Under the pieces are notes generated by a model. The model searched no databases and was not told the DNA's origin. It saw nothing but the letters and a program-made list of their open reading frames with translations. This document shows positions 35,611-45,998 of a stretch of DNA of 64,000 nt, one piece after another (position 1 is the stretch's first letter; each line of letters starts with the position of its first letter). Position numbers and translations under genes: made by a program. The stretch is taken from NCBI GenBank assembly GCA_964016885.1, contig OZ024740.1:312418001-312482000 (forward strand). Reading direction: 5' to 3'. Origin of the DNA: Eledone cirrhosa. Its lineage: Eukaryota.

Positions 35611-38412
35611 CTACGACTTCGTTGCGATCGGGGCAGGGCTCTGGGTTTCCACCTCATCTTGGGTTTCCTCTTCCTCGGAGTTCGTCGATACAGTGATTCT
35701 TCTTACATCCAGGACATGACGTGGTACCCCGTCCACGGACACATTGTTCTTTGAATTTACGGCCGTCACCGTCCCCCTTCCCCATTGAGATGTGCACCGT
35801 GCATCTGGGGGCTTAACCCAGACTTCTTCGCCCACCTGCACGAATGCACTCTCTCTCCCCACTGGCCGTTGTGGTGGCGTGCACGGGTGTCGCCACTCGT
35901 ATTTGAATACTGCTCTGTGTGGCACCGATTCCTCGACCTGTCCAACCCGAGGGGACATATTGTACCAGAACACTGCCTCCATTGGTGAGATCTGGCCCCG
36001 CTCCGCCATTGTCTTGATCGTCCGGTGGTGTCGCTCCACGATTCCATTCCCGCTCGGCCTGTGCGCCGCTCTGAAGAAACGGTCCACCTTCCATCCCTCG
36101 AGCATCCCCCTCAGTGCCTCCGAGCGGAACGCTGCGCTGTTGTCCATCAGCAGTTCGTCCACAGGGCCCCGCTCCAAGAACACCTCTCTCAACGTCCGCA
36201 CGATTTTCTCGGCCGTTCCGGTCTTCATCTCCCTCCATATCGCCACTCGACCTGGTCCACAGTCGACCATCGAGAGGTACGTTCCCTGCCGGTAGTGCGT
36301 CACATCCACCGCTAATCGCTTCCAGTCGCGATCCACCGGGAGGCTTCCCGTTTCGTGTACATCCGAGGCGGGATCAATGGACTGACATCGGACGCAGCCT
36401 CTAACGACCCCCCGAACACTGTGTCTGCTAACGTCCGAGTCGATTCTCCTGGCTAGGAACAGGCTCCTATCCACCCCCATGTGGTGCATGTCATGCAACC
36501 CCTTCAGGTCTAACTCGGTCAGCCGACACACGGCAACTATCTCATCCTCTACCTCCTCCGGCGCTTCCATCCAGGCTTTCTTCACTCTAGTTAAGATGTC
36601 CGCCCTATTTTTCTCTGAAGGCACGAACACTACGCTCAGCTTCAGGTCGAACTCGGTGGCCAGCTCTCCTAATGTTCCCAGGCGGTGCTTTATCAGCATC
36701 TCCACCGCGCCTCTCGTTCGCACTCTCTTCTCACTGGTGAGCACTGATCTTACCCATCCGAGTACGGTAGCCGAGTCGGTGCGTATCTCGATGGTGCGCA
36801 GCCCCCACCGCAGGGCGAGGTTCACCCCTCTCAACACCGCGTCCAGCTCGACCACATTGATGTGGCTGCAGTCGTCCTTCTTTCTAAGCCAGGCTGCATC
36901 CTCGACCTCAACACCTATCTCCAACATGACACCCAGCGCTATGCTGCTGGCATCGCACCATACGGTCCCGCTCCGTGATTTGGGAACATACCAGCGTCCC
37001 CGCACTGGGTCGTCGGCCTTCACCCTCCCCACGATCTCCTGCATCATGGCCACCGTTCTCTCTCCCACTCTGTCACTCCAAGTCACCCCTCCCGCTCGTC
37101 TCTTGACATAGCTGCATGCCATCCGGAGCCACCCAGCGATCGGGTAGTGACCCACCAGCTTTCTACACACCGAGAAAAGCTCCCGCCTATTCATACTTGG
37201 GCCCAGTTCCGGAACTTCGTTTCCCCTCTGGAACACCAAAACGCCCGTCTTATCTCGCCGTAGCCTAAGTCCCAGCGTGGCTCCTCCCTCCAATGCTTCT
37301 GATGGCTTCGCAGTCAGTCCATACCTCCGCAAATGGCTCGTGACCTCCGCCGCCGACACCACCGACTCGTCCACTAGGATGTCGTCAATGTAGGAGTTAG
37401 TAGCCCTCTTTATCTTGTCGGCCCTCCCCAGAGCGGTCTTGAGGACCGCCGCCATGATCTTCGGTGCGGGGCTCAGCCCGAAACCGAGCCTGGTCAGGCA
37501 ATATGTCCGGCCCTTATACCTGACCAGCTGATACCGCCAGAGCTTCTCATCTATATGCAACTGCAAGTAAGCCGACTTTAGATCCACGATCGCTGAACCC
37601 CCCGTCATGCGTCTCCACTCACGCAGGGTTTCCCCACAGACATCCGTGACCTCACCACCCGTGTGGCATGACACGTGCTCGTTCAGCTCTCGATAGTCCA
37701 GCACCGGCCTCACCTTGCTCTTCGTGGGTTGCACCACCGCCATCAACGGCAATACTCCGCACTTCACCTCCTCCTTCCAGGGAAGCAGTATGCCCTCTTC
37801 GATCCATCTCTCTACTTCTCGCTCGAACTCGCCCCTAGCGTTTCCCTTCAATGTGTGTTGATAGCAGCCCACTTTGGTCTTCAGTGTTGGTGGTTCTCCC
37901 TTCCAGTACCACTCAACAACCCATCGCTGCCCATCAAACACGGCCTTGAAGTCCTTATCCTGTACAGTGTAAGCGGGGTATTGCCCCTCGTGGGCCTTCT
38001 GGTTCTCATGACGTGCACTCACAGCGCATACCGATGCAGCGGCGCCAAACGACACACCGACATTGTTCACCGTGACGCCCCCTAGACAGCCAATCGCGTC
38101 CATGCCCATAACCACGCCGATCCCATCCACCACACTGTCTACCACGATGGCGGAAAGCCTTATCGTCCTTCCCCGTACCGCTATTTCCATCTCGCTGCGA
38201 CCTCGGCATTCAATTTTCCTGCCGTCGACTGCCCTTACGCTGCTCTTCCCTCCCCACCTCTGCGCCACCCCCGCGGTCACCAGTGTCATCGTACAGCCCG
38301 TATCCACGAGGGCTCGCTGTGGCTTCCCCCTCACGAAGACCTCCAACACCGGCAGCGCCGCTACTCGTAAGGGGCAACTACCAGCGCAGTAGTTCCCCTT
38401 GGACCGTTTCCC
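35611..38412 (-). CDS. pol: Pol polyprotein (PR-RT-RH-IN), reached by -1 frameshift
   Basis: ALVDTGC, RPVLDYRELN, DLKSAYLQ, YIDD, WCDASS..ELDA..TDS, H..H..C..C, D-D-E integrase core. The frame is open back to the slippery site. Confidence 0.93.
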   Translation of the reverse strand, partial: GKRSKGNYCAGSCPLRVAALPVLEVFVRGKPQRALVDTGCTMTLVTAGVAQRWGGKSSVRAVDGRKIECRGRSEMEIAVRGRTIRLSAIVVDSVVDGIGVVMGMDAIGCLGGVTVNNVGVSFGAAASVCAVSARHENQKAHEGQYPAYTVQDKDFKAVFDGQRWVVEWYWKGEPPTLKTKVGCYQHTLKGNARGEFEREVERWIEEGILLPWKEEVKCGVLPLMAVVQPTKSKVRPVLDYRELNEHVSCHTGGEVTDVCGETLREWRRMTGGSAIVDLKSAYLQLHIDEKLWRYQLVRYKGRTYCLTRLGFGLSPAPKIMAAVLKTALGRADKIKRATNSYIDDILVDESVVSAAEVTSHLRRYGLTAKPSEALEGGATLGLRLRRDKTGVLVFQRGNEVPELGPSMNRRELFSVCRKLVGHYPIAGWLRMACSYVKRRAGGVTWSDRVGERTVAMMQEIVGRVKADDPVRGRWYVPKSRSGTVWCDASSIALGVMLEIGVEVEDAAWLRKKDDCSHINVVELDAVLRGVNLALRWGLRTIEIRTDSATVLGWVRSVLTSEKRVRTRGAVEMLIKHRLGTLGELATEFDLKLSVVFVPSEKNRADILTRVKKAWMEAPEEVEDEIVAVCRLTELDLKGLHDMHHMGVDRSLFLARRIDSDVSRHSVRGVVRGCVRCQSIDPASDVHETGSLPVDRDWKRLAVDVTHYRQGTYLSMVDCGPGRVAIWREMKTGTAEKIVRTLREVFLERGPVDELLMDNSAAFRSEALRGMLEGWKVDRFFRAAHRPSGNGIVERHHRTIKTMAERGQISPMEAVFWYNMSPRVGQVEESVPHRAVFKYEWRHPCTPPQRPVGRESAFVQVGEEVWVKPPDARCTSQWGRGTVTAVNSKNNVSVDGVPRHVLDVRRITVSTNSEEEETQDEVETQSPAPIATKS

Positions 38413-39119
38413 TGGTCGTAGTTAGTAGCGATGTGGCCTGGTCGCTTACACCGGTAGCAGATTATATCCGGCTTCGACTCTCTACAGTCTCTAGCCATAT
38501 GCGGCCCCTGACACCTAAAACAGCGGCCCTTAAATTCTCGCGAATGGCCGCGTGCCGAGGTTGCCTCCCTTTGACCATTTCGTTGCCAGGTGTCCTGAGC
38601 CTCCGTAGTCGCTATCGCCGCAACACTCTTTTTGGCATCTTCCGCTATGATCCGGCCTTGTTCCACCAGTGAACGCATTTCCATCTCCTTGTACCCCGGG
38701 ACTTGCTGCAGTTTCACCGCTATGTCGTCCGGAAATCCATTGATGAATGCCAACCGCACCGTGCGTTCGCATTCTGCCTGGTAACCGGCCAACATAGCCA
38801 ACCGCCTTATTTCCGCTGCGAAAATGTCGACGCGCTCACCATTCCACCTGATTCTCACCAGCTTAGCAAAAGCCGCCAACGGTCCCTCGGCGAATGCATC
38901 CATCAGACGTCTCTCAATCTTCTGCACATCTCTTTGGCTGTGCTCGTCCAACTCAAGGAAGAGTACCAACGCGTCGCCCTCGAGGTACAATGCAATGAGA
39001 CCGGCCACGTCTTCTATCTTCTGCAAGCCCGCGACCAGCCGAACCTTCCGCAGCCAAGCGACATCACCATCCCCGGTGAATGGCCTGATAGCTTCGTTCA
39101 TCCGTAGTCTTGTCGCCAT
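38361..39119 (-). CDS. gag: Gag, 252 aa, two zinc knuckles
   Basis: CFRCQGPHMARDC and CYRCKRPGHIATNY (last Cys replaced by Tyr); lies just inside the 5' LTR. Confidence 0.92.
   Translation of the reverse strand: MATRLRMNEAIRPFTGDGDVAWLRKVRLVAGLQKIEDVAGLIALYLEGDALVLFLELDEHSQRDVQKIERRLMDAFAEGPLAAFAKLVRIRWNGERVDIFAAEIRRLAMLAGYQAECERTVRLAFINGFPDDIAVKLQQVPGYKEMEMRSLVEQGRIIAEDAKKSVAAIATTEAQDTWQRNGQREATSARGHSREFKGRCFRCQGPHMARDCRESKPDIICYRCKRPGHIATNYDQGNGPRGTTALVVAPYE
38369..38412 (-). promoter_or_regulatory. -1 programmed ribosomal frameshift signal
   Basis: G GGA AAC in the gag frame (38406-38412), 5-nt spacer, then hairpin AAGGGG-AACTAC-tgcgctg-GTAGTT-g-CCCCTT. The -1 frame is pol. Confidence 0.85.
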
Positions 39120-39609
39120 CTTCTGATTTGTTTTGCGGCAAGTGTTTTCTTTTTTTCTTTTTTTTTTTTTTTTTCCAGTTGCCGAAATAGCTTGTGGTTA
39201 GAAAAAGCTATCTCACTTACCGCTTTTCACAGGCGCCGCTAAATTCCGCTGCCGGTACTCCTCTTCCACGTGCGTCCGACTGCTTAAAACCGGGAGCTGC
39301 CCAAAATGCGTCCTCACCGTATGCTGGTCACCACTAGAGAGAGGCCCTCTCCTGGCCCTTCCGGTCGAGTATCCTTCCGGTCAAAGACCCCTTCCGGTCG
39401 AGCACCCCCCCCCCCCCCCCGGCCACCGCACGCCACACCATACCCACATAAAGATCTTCATGAAATTCATTTTTACAGTAAACGCTGTACTCACATACAT
39501 ACAGATACATACGTGTGCACGCGCACACACACACACACATATATACATTCACACATACCCCCCCCCCCCCCCATATCCCCACACACTTCATGGTTTGACT
39601 TTGGTAATG

Positions 39610-40020
39610 AAGTAATGGAGGCTATCCACATCTGATGTAGATTTGTTGGTGGCTGCCAATACAGGACAGGTAACTGCAAGAAAAATTCTGTTCTGGACAC
39701 GGTATTGCTGGGCCACATTTCTTCCTCTGATTATTTTTTGTCTTCAACATCATTCTTGCATGCATTTTTGAAGGCGGAAACAGTCTGTTGAATGGGGTAT
39801 TGCTAGGTCATCTGGTAAGAGGCCATATCAGACCTATGGCAATGCTCAGCACGACACAAGGAATCCTTATGCCATTTCATTGATGCTCCTTAAGAAGGCA
39901 ATGATTCTCAATCCAGAAGCATGTCTCGCTCAGTGTGGTTGTATCTTTAACAGCATGGCCTTGATACTGGTGTCTTCTGACTGTTCAAGGATTTCAAAGT
40001 TTGTAACAAAGTCACCCCAG
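39610..40020 (-). mobile_element. Old RTE 3' fragment
   Basis: WGDFVTNFEILEQ..SIKAMLLKIQ, the typical RTE C-terminal region, degenerate. Confidence 0.65.
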
Positions 40021-40513
40021 CAGATGTATATATACATATATGTATCATCATTGTCATCATCATCATCATCATCATAATCATCTTTATCATCATCATCGTT
40101 TAACATGTTTTCTCTGCTAGCAAGTATTGGACATGTCACAGACCTGTTAGAACACAAACAGATCTTGTGACCTCCAAATGGGGGCTGGGGTGGCAATCTA
40201 CCATCACGTGCTTTTGCAAGTGGCACTAATACTAAGGAGGTTATCATCTCTTTGACATGGCTGAAGAGTCTTCCTGACCCTTTGTTTAGCAGGTTTTCTA
40301 TGGCTGGATGCCCTGCCTATCACCAATCAGTTTACAGAGTGTACTGGGCGCATTTATCATGGAACAAACACTAGCAAAGTTGTCATACCTCTGACACAAC
40401 TAAAGAATACTCAATACTTTTAACATGGTTTATACAGCAGGGTACCCTTCCTATGCCAACCACCTTACAGGGTATACTTAGTACATTGACCATGGCACTA
40501 GTACTAGAAAGGT

Positions 40514-40544
<31 letters not shown>

Positions 40545-40552
40545 GTGTGTCA

Positions 40553-40980
40553 GGTCGCTATTCAGCGCTGCTGGTAACATGTAACCCAGTACAACCTGTG
40601 TGTGGTCGGTGACTAAACTGGCAACCCAACTAAGCTTGCTTGGTGAGGATGGTAATTTTGGACACCTTTTGGGATAAAAAATAAAATTTGTTAAAGGGCA
40701 GAGGAACTCAGGAGAGTCAACAGCCATCCAATAATTTTTTGTTGAGCGAGAGACTCCTAGTCATCATTAAGTCATGTCTCTATGAGAAGGTCACTCTGAT
40801 ATAAAACCTGCGGCTCCTTTGCATCCAATGATGTAGACCAGTTCTTCTTTTTGGGCAAATGCATTTAATGTTCAGAGAGTGTGATTGGCCCTGTGCAAAG
40901 CCTTTCCACACTTTAAAAAGCTTCAAGCACAGGCATCGCTTGATATGTGACATATTTTTGCAATGCATGGTATTGCTGGC
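40553..40980 (+). mobile_element. RTE-type 5' UTR fragment headed by an HDV-like ribozyme motif
   Basis: CCAGT...CTAA-ACTGG nested pairing and GAGAAGGTCACTCTGATATAAAACC motif; homologous to 57251-57660. Confidence 0.55.
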
Positions 40981-41107
40981 CATAGGCAAGTCCCTAGCAG
41001 GACCAAAAAGCCACGTCCATGATGTTCATGCTTAAGTATCAAGTGAAGGCATTACTCGAAATCAAGTTGCAGCCATCATAATATATATAAACATATATTA
41101 TGTATAC

Positions 41108-41711
41108 TAGCTTAATGGCCCGGCGTTGCTCGCGATTCTAAACATAGATTGGCATGTTTATCCCTCCTTTCTGAAACAGTTTCGTCGTATGCTCACCAAT
41201 TGATGCAGAAGTCCTAATAAAAAGTGAAGTCGCCTTGAGTGAATAGGCAAATAATTTTCCATTAAGATTTTTGAAAAGCATGTAATTGTGTTCTCTCTTT
41301 TTTTTTGTTGTTGTTTTTGCTGCTGTTGGTGTGATAGCAGCCGTTGATCGTACTACTAACACAGTCTTGTCCTTCTTCAGCCAATCGTGTATATCTCCTG
41401 CCTCGTCAGCAATGAGAACAATATTTGCTCTAGGGTTCTTAAATATTTTATATATATTTATCCTTATCGAGCTTTGTGAAATAAATGTTTGTTTATATTT
41501 TGTTATTGTGTATGCAAAAATATCTGTACATGAATATATAATTATATATATATATATATTAAAATAACAGATTAAAGTTTAAGCGAAGAATCGCTGCTTT
41601 CACCCTTAGCGGGATCTTCTGAAACTAAAAAAATCAATCTGTGAACGCAGAAGTAAATATTTCGAAAAACGTTTCACACTATATATATGTATATACAGTG
41701 TGTATATACAC

Positions 41712-41744
<33 letters not shown>

Positions 41745-42085
41745 TGTATATACATATATACACACACAGATAGTGTCATAATGTTGTAATGCAGACAGCC
41801 AGACATACAGACAGATATTATAAGGACGCAACGTTATAGCTATGAATCTATCTAAAAAGACAGACAAAGAAAGATAGAGAGATCGCTAACCGATGTCTAA
41901 CACGCCTTTAACAACAGAAAATTGAAAAATAAAAGCTGCAGTTAATATCTTTAGACCACAAGGAATATATAAATGCAAGTTTGAAGTCAATCGGAGTAGA
42001 AATGTGGATTTGTATAGACTTTGCAAAAATTAGGACATGAACACACACACACACAGACAATTTCAGTTTTATATATATTATAGTG
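41108..42085 (-). mobile_element. Non-autonomous Helitron-like element
   Basis: CTAG end with CCCGGCGTTGCTCGCG hairpin at 41108-41135; shares body sequence with 7395-7530; far end ACACAGACAATTTCAGTTTTATATAT. Confidence 0.6.
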
Positions 42086-42758
42086 GAAAGCCTACTCGTG
42101 TCCAAGTATGGCCACTTCTTAGAACGGAAAAAAAAAGGCACAAATAGACAACTCCAAAATCATGTTATTGATGTTGCTGTAACTGATGCTGCCTTTGCAG
42201 TTGAGTTTCCAACTTCCTTCATGGCGTGCCTTGTGGTGTCATGTTAGCCCACTTTCAGAGTGACACATTTTGTTGCAGATGCCATATGCAAGTTGGCAGC
42301 AGTATAATAGATAAAGTAATTAAGGATATGAAGGTAGGGAAGTCAATTGGACCATCTGGTAATGTTGCTGAGATGATAAAAGCATCTGGCATGGGAGAGT
42401 ATGAACGAATCAGACATATAGTTAACCAAGTAGTGTAGGATAGTGTCATACCCAATGAATGGTGGAGCAGCATCATTGTAAATTGCTACAAGGGCAATGG
42501 AGATGCATTAAAGAGAAGTAACTACAGAGGCATCAAGTTAATGGAACAGGTTGTGAGGGTTGCTGAAGGGGACAAAATCAGGTTAGATGAAATGGAGTTT
42601 GGATTTATGCAACAATACATGACACTGAGAATTTGTGTGTACATATGTAGGTGTGTGTGTAGTGAGTAGAAGTATGTATATGAAAAAAATGAAAGAAGTG
42701 TAAAAGACAAAAACTATTTTAAATTTAAATCAATGTTTATTGATGATAAATTATTAAC

Positions 42759-43074
42759 TCAAGAAATGGCTAAAAGCTGACATAGGTCTTTTGCAACATG
42801 AAACTGTAGATATGACATTACTTCACAGTTACATATTGGTGTTTTATTGTCTCAACACGAGTAGACCTTGATGTGAAATGAGAAAGGAAGCGATGAAGCT
42901 TCTCTCTCTTTTCAATCAGAGCCCTTCGGAAACGTTTCAGAACAGACTGAGCCTTCCACCCCACATTTGGCCTAATTAACTGATTCGCTCTGGCAAAACC
43001 AAAGATGATGTCTTTAAATTCATTTCCTTCAATTTCAATTTCTTCAATTTTTATTCTTCAATTTCACTATCCAT
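42759..43074 (-). pseudogene. Frameshifted paralog of the orphan ORF at 4797-5045
   Basis: ATG GAT AGT GAA ATT GAA GAA TAA: a 1-bp deletion creates the stop. Downstream is colinear and open to TGA at 42759. Confidence 0.4.
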
Positions 43075-43099
43075 TTTCAAATGAGAAATGAAAATAGTT

Positions 43100-43880
43100 T
43101 CTCTGAGTTGTTATGAGATAACTGAATTGGTATGAGATAACTTTCACTTAGTTGTTATAAAATATCTTTCTCTGAGCTGTTATAAAATAACTTACTCTGA
43201 GCTGTTATAAAATAACACTCTGATCTGTTATAAAATAACTTACCCTAAGTTATTATAAAATAACTTTTACTGGGGTGTAAAGAGATAAGTTTCACAGCTG
43301 TTATAGAATATCTTTCTATGAGCTGTTATAAAATAACTTTCACTGAGCTGTTATAAAATATCTTACTCTGAGCTGTTATAAAAATATCTTACTCAGAGCT
43401 GATATAAAATAACTTATTCTGGGCTGTTATAAAATATCTTACTCTGAGCTGTTATAAAATAACTTTCACTGAGTTGTTATAAAATAACTTACTCTGAGCT
43501 GATATAAAATAACTTACTCTGGGCTGTTATAAAGTAACTTACTCTGAGCTGTTATAAAATAACTTACTCTGAGCTGATATAAAATAACTTACTCTGGGCT
43601 GTTTTAAATATCTTACTCTGAGCTGATATAAAATAACTTACTCTGGGCTGTTATAAAATAACTTTCACTGAGTTGTTATAAAATAACTTTCACTGAGTTG
43701 TTATAAAATAACTTTCACTGAGTTGTTATAAAAATCTTACTCTGGGCTGTTATAAAATAACTTACTCTGAGCTGTTATAAAAATATCTTTCACTGAGCTG
43801 TTATAAAATATCTTTCACTAAACTATAAAGAGATTACTTTCTCTGAGCTGTAAAGAAATTACTTTCAATAAAGCTGTAAA
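43100..43880 (-). repeat. 25-bp minisatellite, about 31 units, inverted paralog of 4163-4775
   Basis: Unit CTGTTATAAAATAACTTACTCTGAG. Confidence 0.95.
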
Positions 43881-44317
43881 GAAGTGTTGCTTGCTATGAA
43901 ATGATGTTCTCTAAACTTATTTTGCATATTTTTAGTCACATATCCATTATGATGTCATAAGCTAAAGAAACAACATTGGCTTATGTGTGTGTGTGTGTTT
44001 ATCTGCGTGTATATATGTATGTGTTTATATATATATATAAACTAGGTAGATAGATATATTACTTTATTTGCCACAGGACAGTAGAAAGATAGCTATATAG
44101 ATATAGATAGATAGATATACACACACATAGTATTTGTTGACATGAGGATTATTTATAAAATTTGAAATGTAGTTGTTCCACTCGAGATGACTATAATAAT
44201 AACTAATCACTACACACACACACACATAAATATTTCCTCTACGGGTTTAGTCTCCACATTTATTATTACTATATATACACACACACACACACATATATAT
44301 ATATATTTAGTAATATT

Positions 44318-44720
44318 GGTTTCTTTATTGGCCACAAGGGCTAACATAAAGAAAAACATTACAGACAGCACAGAAAGGTACAGGATGATACAAAGTGGGT
44401 TTTGGCCATGTAAAAAGGTTATAACAAGAAGATAGAAATGTGTAAAAACAAATCAAAAAAATTCAGACAACAAAAACTCCCCAATAAGTGGGGAAACTTC
44501 CGAGGTTCACTCATGGCGAAAACCACACAAAACACCAGAGCCACCCTGACCACCAGGGTAAGAACCATCTCTCAGTTTTCCCACTCCTCAGTCTACAGGC
44601 GCATACTCAGAGCGGGCTCGTTCACTCGGACCAGACTCGCCACTTTCACCCACCTTTCAACAAACTTACTAGAAGACAGCACTTGCCTCTCCACCCTGAT
44701 TTTCCTCTTCAAGTGAAACT
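44318..44720 (-). mobile_element. Tx1/L1-clade 3' end fragment
   Basis: Same 3' UTR (CCTTGTGGCCAATAAAGAAA) and RWVKVA C-terminus as 47010-47400. Confidence 0.8.
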
Positions 44721-44873
44721 TGTATCAGCCGTACTAAGAGTGAGAAATGAAATTTCATTTTTTCCATTTATTGTTTTCGGTACGCCCGGCCAACTAACTT
44801 ACTTGATATGCAAATTAGGCTGCTCAGCCGTTAATATGCATAAGGAAAGTATATACTTTCAAACGTTCAATCA

Positions 44874-44944
44874 ACTGACAGGAAGGTATATGGTGCTGAT
44901 GATAGCTAATAAGCTAGAAACTAGTTCATCGTTCCTTTGTCAGT
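44874..44944 (+). ncRNA. Type I hammerhead ribozyme with extended stem I
   Basis: Stem I ATGGTG/CATCGT extended by ACTGACA/TGTCAGT; CTGATGA 44896-44902; stem II TAGCT-aata-AGCTA; GAAA; palindromic AACTAGTT; GUU triplet. Confidence 0.78.
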
Positions 44945-45190
44945 GTTGAACAAAATGGCAATGATGGTTGCCAAACACTGTATGGCTAATAATTTGGGCT
45001 GTTTGTTTACAAACAAACCGAGCATTATAATAAATGTTTGGTAAACCCATACGTACATGTATACATGTGTGCATGTATGTATGCATATACATACTACTGT
45101 ACATATGTATACATATATGTATGTACGTATACATACTTATATTTAAGTATCAGCCGTACTAAGAGTGAGAAATGAAATTTCATTTTTTCC

Positions 45191-45235
<45 letters not shown>

Positions 45236-45633
45236 TATACATATAAGTGTTTGCAAGTGTGAATCGTGAATTTGTTGGGGAAAAGTGTGTTAGAAACGAC
45301 ATCGACAGCGGTGTATTTAGTACCACTGATGCTCAAAAGAAAGGGACCCGGAAATTATGAGAGACTGATGACTGTAAAGAATGAATGAGAAGAACAAAGA
45401 CTCGCCTCAACCCACTCAACAGAAGGTCCACTTATTGAAGACCCTTGCTCTGAAATCTTGTTTTTTGTAGTCAATAATAATCCACCTCCCGCCAACATTT
45501 CTATCGAAAACTATCTCATAGTCAAGACCTCTTCTACCATGTATCTCTAGTGACACAACGCTGTCTGACAAGCTTAATATAAAAATCAAACAGGCTTCTT
45601 CAGTTTTCGGACACGCACACACAAATATGTGTA

Positions 45634-45712
45634 CAGGGTGTCCGCCCAAAATGTATGCACACTTCAACAGCATTCTAATAAATATGTGTATATATTTTTT
45701 TGGAACACCCTG
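45634..45712. mobile_element. 79-bp Tc1/mariner-type MITE
   Basis: TA-CAGGGTGTCC...AAAATGTATGCACA / TGTGTATATATTTT..GGAACACCCTG-TA. Confidence 0.75.
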
Positions 45713-45998
45713 TATATATATAATCGATTGATAGTCCATTCACTTTCTGTCCTTAGTTTATCGACTCCGGGCAACGATGAAGGTGACACCAGCTTAGGAC
45801 AAACGCACACAATCACACACACACTCACTCATATGCACTTACACACACACACACATAAACTGACAGATATGCAAATGAGTGAAGAAATCCTCTCCGCCTC
45901 TTCTCATTTACCATAGCTAGTTTATGCTATGATTTTTTTTTAGTGTGCATTAAACAATGTCATTTTTATTTACAGTAATAATAATAATAATAATAATA

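Larger units (their letters stand above)
35287..39448 (-). mobile_element. Full-length compact Ty3/Gypsy LTR retrotransposon, recent insertion
   Basis: LTRs 35287-35536 and 39193-39448 (TGTGG..CCACA; three substitutions plus a poly-C length difference); 5-bp TSD TAAAG (35282-35286, 39449-39453); G-rich PPT 35537-35545; open gag and pol. Confidence 0.97.

Noticed and set aside
35766-39126. Many overlapping or antisense ORFs in the Gypsy (likewise in the CRE and Tx1 elements)
   Set aside because: Shadow ORFs of GC-rich coding sequence with no independent motifs.
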